DNA of 32,000 nucleotides from Schaalia meyeri (GTDB lineage Bacteria; Actinomycetota; Actinomycetes; Actinomycetales; Actinomycetaceae): NCBI RefSeq assembly GCF_900105015.1, contig NZ_FNLK01000012.1, positions 385,749 to 417,748 of the forward strand, read 5' to 3'. Shown piece by piece: positions 25,128 to 32,000 of this stretch (position 1 is its first letter; each line of letters starts with the position of its first letter). The notes under the pieces were generated by a model. It saw only the letters and a program-made list of their open reading frames with translations, ran no database searches and was not told where the DNA came from. The position numbers and the translations under genes were made by a program.

Positions 25128-25230
25128 CGGCGGCCACGAGGGAAGAGCCTTCCTACGCCGGCATGACCCGGATCAGGTTCTACGGTCGGGGATTGTCCCC
25201 TCTCAGCTCACGTTGAGCTCCCGTGGCACG
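25128..25230 (-). ncRNA. TPP (THI-box) riboswitch, left-arm copy
   Basis: Reverse complement of 27588-27690. Contains GCUGAGAG and GAACCUGAUCCGGGUCAUGCCGGCGUAGGAAGG. Confidence 0.85.
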
Positions 25231-26342
25231 GTGGTGAGCATAGCCACTCGGTATTGGTTCCGCTACTCGTGCAGGTGGGGGCCTGTATGCGGCCCCTCGC
25301 CGGTGCCGCCGTCCCCAGGACGCCACGTTCCGCTCGACGCAGCAGGAAGTGGCGGTTTGCGAAGGCTGCTGCCACGATGAAGACGATCCAGATAATCGAG
25401 TAGATCAGGCCGGGGCGAGTATCGTCCCACATCGCCAGGACCACGCCCATCGCGCCCATGAACACCAGGACGATCCACGCGCTCAGCGCGCCTCCAGGGG
25501 CCCTGAAACGGGCCTTGGCGTGCAACTCCGGGCTTTTGCGCAAGTACACCAGGTAGGACACGACGATCACGACCCACACGCCCATGAACAGGGTCGCCGA
25601 CACGGAGGTCACCAGCGTGAACGCCGACGAGATCGACCCGCCCAACCCCATGATGACGATGGCTGACAGCAGGCACACACACGACAGGAACAGGGCGTTG
25701 AGCGGGACGTGATGCGTGGAGAGGCGCGCGAATACGCGCGGCGCCTGCTCCTGTCGAGCCAGCCCGTAGAGCATGCGCGACGTCGAGTAGATGCCCGAGT
25801 TCGCGCTTGATGCCGCCGAGGAGAGCACCACCAGGTTCACGATCGTCGCCGCGGCTCCCAGGCCCGTCAGGGAGAACATGGTGACGAACGGGGAGGAATC
25901 CGGGCTCACCTGATCCCAGGGGGTCACCATCATGATGGCCGCCAGTGCCGTCACGTAGAAGAGCATGATGCGCACCGGGATCGAGTTGACGGCTTTGGGC
26001 AGCGTGCGCTCCGGGTCGTCCGTCTCGGCGACCGTGGTGCCCACCATCTCGATGCCGATGAACGCGAAGAGGGCAATCTGGAAGCCACCCAGGAAGCCGG
26101 TGAACCCCTGGGGAAAGAAGCCGCCGTGGCTCCACAGGTTCGACACCGAGGCGGTGGTGCCCGCCGTGCCAATGGTTCCCATCGCCACCATCGCGAAGCC
26201 GACGATCACCAGGGCGATGATCGCGACGATTTTAATGAGCGCGAACCAGAACTCCGTTTCACCGAAGGCCTTGACCGTCATCGCGTTGAGCCCGAAGAGG
26301 AGCAGGGTCGTGGCACAGATGGGGATCCAGGCCGGCAGGTTC
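25208..26342 (-). pseudogene. APC-family amino-acid permease (AnsP/AroP/CycA-like), 5'-truncated at the inverted-repeat junction
   Basis: Uninterrupted frame: …NLPAWIPICATTLLLFGLNAMTVKAFGETEFWFALIKIVAI…GIEMVGTTVAETDDPERTLPKAVNSIP…. About 100 N-terminal codons and the start codon are missing. Confidence 0.8.
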
Positions 26343-26346
26343 TTAG

Positions 26347-27610
26347 GAATTTCTCGCGCGCGACTTGATCGGCCCGTGGGCCGGGTTCGTCACGGGGTGG
26401 ACGTACTGGGCCTGCTGGGTGGTCACTGGCGTCGCCGACATGGTGGCGATCACGGGCTATGCGCGCTTCTGGTGGCCGAACCTGCCGGCCTGGATCCCCA
26501 TCTGTGCCACGACCCTGCTCCTCTTCGGGCTCAACGCGATGACGGTCAAGGCCTTCGGTGAAACGGAGTTCTGGTTCGCGCTCATTAAAATCGTCGCGAT
26601 CATCGCCCTGGTGATCGTCGGCTTCGCGATGGTGGCGATGGGAACCATTGGCACGGGGGCACCACCGCCTCGGTGTCGAACCTGTGGAGCCACGGCGGCT
26701 TCTTTCCCCAGGGGTTCACCGGCTTCCTGGGTGGCTTCCAGATTGCCCTCTTCGCGTTCATCGGCATCGAGATGGTGGGCACCACGGTCCCGAGACGGAC
26801 GACCCGGAGCGCACGCTGCCCAAAGCCGTCAACTCGATCCCGGTGCGCATCATGCTCTTCTACGTGACGGCACTGGCGGCCATCATGATGGTGACCCCCT
26901 GGGATCAGGTGAGCCCGGATTCCTCCCCGTTCGTCACCATGTTCTCCCTGACGGGCCTGGGAGCCGCGGCGACGATCGTGAACCTGGTGGTGCTCTCCTC
27001 GGCGGCATCAAGCGCGAACTCGGGCATCTACTCGACGTCGCGCATGCTCTACGGGCTGGCTCGACAGGAGCAGGCGCCGCGCGTATTCGCGCGCCTCTCC
27101 ACGCATCACGTCCCGCTCAACGCCCTGTTCCTGTCGTGTGTGTGCCTGCTGTCAGCCATCGTCATCATGGGGTTGGGCGGGTCGATCTCGTCGGCGTTCA
27201 CGCTGGTGACCTCCGTGTCGGCGACCCTGTTCATGGGCGTGTGGGTCGTGATCGTCGTGTCCTACCTGGTGTACTTGCGCAAAAGCCCGGAGTTGCACGC
27301 CAAGGCCCGTTTCAGGGCCCCTGGAGGCGCGCTGAGCGCGTGGATCGTCCTGGTGTTCATGGGCGCGATGGGCGTGGTCCTGGCGATGTGGGACGATACT
27401 CGCCCCGGCCTGATCTACTCGATTATCTGGATCGTCTTCATCGTGGCAGCAGCCTTCGCAAACCGCCACTTCCTGCTGCGTCGAGCGGAACGTGGCGTCC
27501 TGGGGGACGGCGGCACCGGCGAGGGGCCGCATACAGGCCCCACCTGCACGAGTAGCGGAACCAATACCGAGTGGCTATGCTCACCACCGTGCCACGGGAG
27601 CTCAACGTGA
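26347..27610 (+). pseudogene. Second, inverted copy of the amino-acid permease; extends 135 bp further 5' (EFLARDLIGPWAGFVTGWTYW…), has two 1-nt deletions and no start
   Basis: Compared with the left copy, a C is missing at ~26656 and a G at ~26789, which splits the ORF (26365-27555 and 26648-27610). The frame is closed by TAG at 26344-26346. Confidence 0.8.
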
Positions 27611-27690
27611 GCTGAGAGGGGACAATCCCCGACCGTAGAACCTGATCCGGGTCATGCCGGCGTAGGAAGGCTCTTCCCTCGTGGCCGCCG
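27588..27690 (+). ncRNA. TPP (THI-box) riboswitch
   Basis: ccacgggagcucaacgugaGCUGAGAggggacaauccccgaccguaGAACCUGAUCCGGGUCAUGCCGGCGUAGGAAGgcucuucccucgugg. Conserved CUGAGA and ACCUGAUC…GCCGGCGUAGG elements with a closing P1 helix, upstream of ykoE-like genes. Confidence 0.85.
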
Positions 27691-27716
27691 TGCAACACGA
27701 AGGGAGTTACATCCGC

Positions 27717-28316
27717 ATGGCTACCACTGCCCCGTCCCTCCGTTGGAGGGTCATCGACATCGTCACCGCCGCCGTCCTCGGCATCGCGTGCGGCCTCATT
27801 TTCTTTGCCTGGAACCAGGTGGGTTACGCGGGCTACGAGATCCTCAAGGCCGTCGCCCCCGGCCTGGGCGGTCTGGTGACGGGCGTCTGGCTGCTGGGCG
27901 GCACGCTCGGCGGCTACGTCATCCGCAAGCCCGGCGCCGCGTTCTTCGTCGAGCTGATGGCCGCGGCCGTTTCCATGGGCCTGGGTTCCCAGTGGGCGGT
28001 CGAAACCCTGTACTCGGGTCTCGCCCAGGGCCTGGGCGCCGAGATCGTCTTCGCCCTGTTCGCCTACCGCCGCTTCAACGTGTGGGTGGCCTCGGGCGCG
28101 GGAGCCCTGGCCTTCGCCGTCGAATGGGTGCTCGAACTCTTCATCTCCGGAAACCTCGCCAAGGGCGTCGTCTACAACGCCTCCTACCTGGTGTGCGGCG
28201 TCGTCTCCGGCATCCTCCTGGCTGGTGTGCTGGCGTGGGCGCTGACGAGCGCGCTGGCGCGCACGGGTGCCCTGGATCGTTTCGCCTCGGGCCGCGGGGC
28301 GCGCGAGCTTGTCTGA
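27717..28316 (+). CDS. ECF transporter S component (YkoE-like), right-arm copy
   Basis: Identical to the copy at 24502-25101. Confidence 0.75.
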   Translation: MATTAPSLRWRVIDIVTAAVLGIACGLIFFAWNQVGYAGYEILKAVAPGLGGLVTGVWLLGGTLGGYVIRKPGAAFFVELMAAAVSMGLGSQWAVETLYSGLAQGLGAEIVFALFAYRRFNVWVASGAGALAFAVEWVLELFISGNLAKGVVYNASYLVCGVVSGILLAGVLAWALTSALARTGALDRFASGRGARELV

Positions 28317-28326
28317 CCCGCGCCCG

Positions 28327-30810
28327 ATGGACGAGGCCCCGGCCGCCTCCCGCCCACCCGTTTCCTCTCCCGACGCCCCGGTTGCGCGGGGCGGGGGAAC
28401 GGGCGCGCGCGTGTGCGCGCGCGGCTGGGGGTGGCGGCACGCCGGGCGGAGGCGCGCCGCGCTGGCGGATGTCGACCTCGATATCACGCCGGGCGAGCGT
28501 GTCCTGGTGCTGGGCCCGTCGGGGTCGGGAAAGTCGACGCTCATGGGTGGCTTGGCCGGTCTGCTGGGCGGCGCCGAGGAGGGTGAAGCCGCCGGGTCGT
28601 TGACCATCGATGGCCTTCCCCCGGCCCAGTCGCGCGGCCGCGTCGGCCTGCTGATGCAGGACCCCGAGGCCCAGGTGGTCCTGGCCCGCGTGGGCGACGA
28701 CGTGGCCTTTGGCATGGAAAATATGGGGGTGGCGCCCGGCGACATTTGGCCGTGCGTGCAGGACTCCCTGGCGGCCGTGGGCTTGGATGTTCCCCTGGAT
28801 CGTTCGACCTCGCAGCTGTCGGGCGGGCAGAAGCAACGTCTCGCCCTGGCGTCGATTCTGGCGATGGGACCCGGGCTGATCCTCTTGGACGAGCCGACCG
28901 CGAACCTTGACCCCCAGGGGGTGGCCGAGGTGCGTCGCGCCGTCGAGGCCGTCGTGGAGCGCACCGGCGCGACCCTGGTCGTCGTGGAGCACCGCGTCGA
29001 CGTGTGGGCCTCCCTGGTGGACCGCGTTATCGTCGTCGCAGATGGCGAGATCGTGGCGGACGGCCCGCTGGGCCAGGTCATCGCGCGGCGGGGTAAGCAG
29101 CTGAGCGATCAGGGAATCTGGTTGCCCGGCGACGACGTTGTCGCCGAGGTTTGTCCCCTGGCGGATCCCGCCGATCCGAGCGGGCACGCCCGGGGGGAGA
29201 CCTCGGCCTGGTCGGTGGGGGAGCCGGTGTCCGCGAGGGAGCCGATCGCTAGGGTGCGTGGGCTGACGATCGGGTATGACTCTGCCTCCCCCGTGCGCTC
29301 CGGAATAGACGTGTCGATTAAGCGGGGGGAGTCAACGTGCATCGTGGGCGCTAACGGTGCCGGAAAATCGACCTTCGCGCTGACTCTCGCGGGGTTGCTG
29401 CCTCCGATCGATGGCGGCGTCGAGCTAACGATCGCCGACGCCGCGCGCTCCGCCCCTCACGAGTGGCCCAGCCGCCGACTGCTGGGGCGCGTGTCCATGG
29501 TCTTCCAGGAACCCGAATACCAGTTTCTGGCCGCCACGGTCGCCGATGAACTGGCCATCGGTCCGCGCGCCGTCGGCATGAGCGAGGACGAGATCGGCCC
29601 CCTGGTCGACGAACACCTCGATGCCCTGGGCCTGTCCGCCCTGGCGCGCGCCAACCCCATGACCCTCTCCGGCGGTGAGAAACGGCGCCTCTCCGTGGCA
29701 ACCGCGCTCATCAGCGCCCCGGAGCTGCTGATCCTGGACGAACCCACCTTCGGGCAGGACCGCGGAACGTGGCTGGGCCTGGTGCGCCTGCTGCGCGGCG
29801 CCCTGTCCCGAGGCGTCACCCTGGTATCCATCACCCACGACCCCGCGTTCGTGGCCGCGATGGGCCAGCGAGTCATCGACCTGGGTTCTCTGGGGCGCCC
29901 AGGCGGGGACGAGGCCGAGCACCCGGAGGAAGTGCCGGGTCGCCAGTCGGGTGGCGGCGAGTCCTCGGGGCGCGTCGCCACGGGCGAGGTAGCCGGGGGT
30001 CCCTCAAACGGCTCGGACACCCCCGCCTGCGTCCTCTCTCGCCCCCGCGGAGCCGGCGGCTTCCTCGCGCGCACGAACCCGGTGGTCCGCGTGATCGCGC
30101 TGCTGGTCGCCACCACGCCGCTGCTGGCCTCGATCGACCCGGTTAGTGCGGGGGTCGCCCTCGCCCTCGAACTGGCTCTGGTCCCCCTATCCGGCGTCTC
30201 GGCGCGCAGCTTCGCGCTCAAAGCCACACCCCTCCTCTTTGCCGCGCCCCTGGGCGCGCTGTCCATGCTCCTCTACGCCTCCCCGGGCGGCCGCGTGTTC
30301 TGGGAGTTTGGCCCCGCGGCGATCTCGGAGCATTCCGTGTGGCTGGCCCTGGGCATCGGGCTGCGCATGTGCGCGATCGTCGTGCCCGCGATCGCGTTGA
30401 TCGACCGCATCGACCCGACCGACATGGGCGATGGGCTGGCACAGATTCTGCATCTGCCAGCCCGGCCCGTGCTGGCCGCGCTCGCGGGCGCGCGCATGAC
30501 CTCCCTGATGGCCGCCGACTGGAAGGCTCTCGAACGCGCCCGGCGCGCCCGAGGCGTCGGCGACGCATCCAGGGTGCGATCCTTCCTGCGCGGATCCTTC
30601 TCGCTGCTGGTCTTTGCGCTGCGGCGTTCCGGGAAGTTGGCCACCACCATGGAGGCCCGAGGCTTCGGCGCGGCCGGGCGGCGCACCTGGGCACGCCCCT
30701 CCCGCTTGAGCGTTGCCGACGGTGCCCTCATGGCCGTGGCCATTGCCCTGCCCGTGGTCGCGTTGAGCGTCAGCGTCTGGACCGGCAGTTTCGCCCTGGT
30801 GGGCCGATGA
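28327..30810 (+). CDS. Duplicated ABC ATPase + EcfT fusion, right-arm copy
   Basis: Identical to the copy at 22008-24491. Confidence 0.88.
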   Translation: MDEAPAASRPPVSSPDAPVARGGGTGARVCARGWGWRHAGRRRAALADVDLDITPGERVLVLGPSGSGKSTLMGGLAGLLGGAEEGEAAGSLTIDGLPPAQSRGRVGLLMQDPEAQVVLARVGDDVAFGMENMGVAPGDIWPCVQDSLAAVGLDVPLDRSTSQLSGGQKQRLALASILAMGPGLILLDEPTANLDPQGVAEVRRAVEAVVERTGATLVVVEHRVDVWASLVDRVIVVADGEIVADGPLGQVIARRGKQLSDQGIWLPGDDVVAEVCPLADPADPSGHARGETSAWSVGEPVSAREPIARVRGLTIGYDSASPVRSGIDVSIKRGESTCIVGANGAGKSTFALTLAGLLPPIDGGVELTIADAARSAPHEWPSRRLLGRVSMVFQEPEYQFLAATVADELAIGPRAVGMSEDEIGPLVDEHLDALGLSALARANPMTLSGGEKRRLSVATALISAPELLILDEPTFGQDRGTWLGLVRLLRGALSRGVTLVSITHDPAFVAAMGQRVIDLGSLGRPGGDEAEHPEEVPGRQSGGGESSGRVATGEVAGGPSNGSDTPACVLSRPRGAGGFLARTNPVVRVIALLVATTPLLASIDPVSAGVALALELALVPLSGVSARSFALKATPLLFAAPLGALSMLLYASPGGRVFWEFGPAAISEHSVWLALGIGLRMCAIVVPAIALIDRIDPTDMGDGLAQILHLPARPVLAALAGARMTSLMAADWKALERARRARGVGDASRVRSFLRGSFSLLVFALRRSGKLATTMEARGFGAAGRRTWARPSRLSVADGALMAVAIALPVVALSVSVWTGSFALVGR

Positions 30811-30845
30811 GTTGGGCCGTGAGCACGGCTTTCGGATCGTCTGCG

Positions 30846-31706
30846 TTATTCCTTGGTGGCCGTGGGATGAGGCCCTTTTCCGCGCTGCCTCAGGGGAGTA
30901 GAAGCGAGGCTGAGGTAGCGGCGCACGCGCGCGATTGAGTACCCGTGGAGGGAGGCGAGGTCGTTGATGGAGTTTCCTTGCTCGTACTGGCGTCGGAGCT
31001 CGGCGCCCACGGCGACCTCTAAGTCGTGGGGGAGGCGCTGGTGCGACTCCAGGGATGGGAGGGGAGTCGGTGAGGGTTCGATCTCGCCGCCCCGGTATCC
31101 GTTGTAGGCCTTTCCTTGCGGTTCGATGCCCTCATCCGCTTCATTGCCCCACGCTGCCCAGCCGGGTCGCGGATAGCGCGCGAACATCTCGAGGTACGGT
31201 CCCGGTGAACACGATTCGATCAGATCGTATTGTTCATCGGGTTTCCTTGAATGCTCGCGTTTGCGTGTTTCGATCATGTTTACTTGGCGCCGCCCAGCGT
31301 CGAGAGTTCGCATTCGCCCGCGAACTCCGAACAGCAGGAGTTCCGTGACGTTCCGAAAGTAGAACCCCACTCCCCGTCCATCAGGTCCGCCATCTTTTCG
31401 TCTCTTTGCCCAGACGATGTTCGAGACGTAACGGAATCCCCACGCAGACATCACTTCAATTCCTTCTGGAAGGAGTGCGTTGGGGACCCAGAGGTACAGG
31501 TGCGCATTCGTTGCTGATATATCAGCAACCGGCAACGCTTTAATGTCATTGAGTGACATCGTGCCGTAGCGCCCGAGTCGCCTATGTTCCGGAGCAACTT
31601 TTCCTGTCCGATTCTGGAAGCGCCACGGCGGATCGGACATGATCGTTGAAAAGCCGCCTGCGACGGTGGGCAGTGGGGCGTATAGGTCGTTGCTCATGAC
31701 GCCCAT
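30846..31706 (-). CDS. MT-A70-family DNA methyltransferase, right-arm copy
   Basis: Identical translation to 21112-21972. Confidence 0.85.
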   Translation of the reverse strand: MGVMSNDLYAPLPTVAGGFSTIMSDPPWRFQNRTGKVAPEHRRLGRYGTMSLNDIKALPVADISATNAHLYLWVPNALLPEGIEVMSAWGFRYVSNIVWAKRRKDGGPDGRGVGFYFRNVTELLLFGVRGRMRTLDAGRRQVNMIETRKREHSRKPDEQYDLIESCSPGPYLEMFARYPRPGWAAWGNEADEGIEPQGKAYNGYRGGEIEPSPTPLPSLESHQRLPHDLEVAVGAELRRQYEQGNSINDLASLHGYSIARVRRYLSLASTPLRQRGKGPHPTATKE

Positions 31707-31717
31707 TTTAGTACCAA

Positions 31718-31741
31718 ATAGATCTAAATATAGATCTAAAT
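31718..31741. promoter_or_regulatory. Tandem ATTTAGATCTAT x2 operator candidate, right-arm copy
   Basis: Mirror image of 21077-21100. Confidence 0.6.
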
Positions 31742-31806
31742 TGGCTGACGGTGAGTGGTCTCCGTCATACGCAATATATGGTTATTACCCGTGCTAATAT
31801 GGCCGC

Positions 31807-32000
31807 ATGACGGTTCAAACAGAGTCGTACGATGACCCCGGTATCGTCCCCGTAAGCGTGCGAAAAAAGTACTCGTTTCATGAGGTGCGAAATGCGTGTG
31901 GCGTCCTGTCTGCCGTCGCGCCCAATGAATGGTCAGATATCATTGATGTTCTCGACAAATTCAGCTTTTCTGCAAATCTTCTTTTGCGCGCTGGCGGAAA
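31807..32000 (+). CDS. BglII-like restriction endonuclease, right-arm copy, truncated by the window end
   Basis: Begins MTVQTESYDDPGIVPVSVRKKYSFHEV…, identical to the N-terminus of 20253-21011. Confidence 0.65.
   Translation, partial: MTVQTESYDDPGIVPVSVRKKYSFHEVRNACGVLSAVAPNEWSDIIDVLDKFSFSANLLLRAGG

Larger units (their letters stand above)
20818..26342. repeat. Left arm of a >=5.5-kb inverted duplication
   Basis: Coordinates pair as L+R=52818 in the outer part and 52820 near the centre. All ORF translations are duplicated on the opposite strand. Confidence 0.95.
26478..32000. repeat. Right arm of the inverted duplication (runs to the window end, so arm length is a minimum)
   Basis: Reverse complement of 20818-26342 apart from four 1-nt indels. 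The 135-bp spacer 26343-26477 is contiguous with this arm. Confidence 0.95.

Noticed and set aside
23737-25380. 547-aa ORF antisense to the ABC/S-component genes, its mirror at 27438-29081, and the 348-aa ORFs at 23631-24677 and 28141-29187
   Set aside because: These are typical high-GC antisense open frames with R/A/G/P-rich, motif-free translations. The opposite strand encodes clear Walker A / LSGG ABC domains.

Overview
High-GC actinobacterial window made of three blocks. (1) 1-2.4 kb is core-like: a membrane-anchored alpha/beta hydrolase. (2) 2.4-17.2 kb is an accessory island built around a type VII secretion (ESX/T7SS)-style polymorphic toxin. Three small helical/WXG-like genes precede a 1493-aa protein with a WXG-like N-terminal domain, a very long repeat-rich disordered linker and a C-terminal TNT (tuberculosis necrotizing toxin, NAD+ glycohydrolase) domain. 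An overlapping immunity gene follows. Downstream is an array of orphan cassettes: a second immunity paralog that still carries the last codons of a toxin; an ADP-ribosyltransferase (ART) module cut off from its linker by a 1-nt frameshift; a 295-aa unknown gene translationally coupled to a second ART-like ORF; an ORF split by a 61-bp tandem repeat; and an orphan TNT core with a third immunity paralog. The island ends with a frameshifted IS3-family transposase remnant, a 19-bp-phased array of GGATAGG sites, a CA-rich decayed cassette and an intact ISL3-family IS with 8-bp target duplications. (3) 17.2-32 kb holds a SAM methyltransferase, cardiolipin synthase, a P-loop protein, a BglII-like type II R-M pair with tandem TAGATCTA operators, a TPP-riboswitch-controlled ykoEDC-like ECF transporter and a 5'-truncated amino-acid permease. 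Everything from 20818 rightwards forms a >=5.5-kb inverted duplication (arms 20818-26342 and 26478-32000, 135-bp spacer) whose arms differ only by four 1-nt indels. It is either a recent fold-back rearrangement or a long-read assembly artefact. No T7SS machinery genes, rRNA, intact tRNA or CRISPR arrays were seen. Many long ORFs in the six-frame track are antisense or alternate-frame artefacts of GC and compositional bias.
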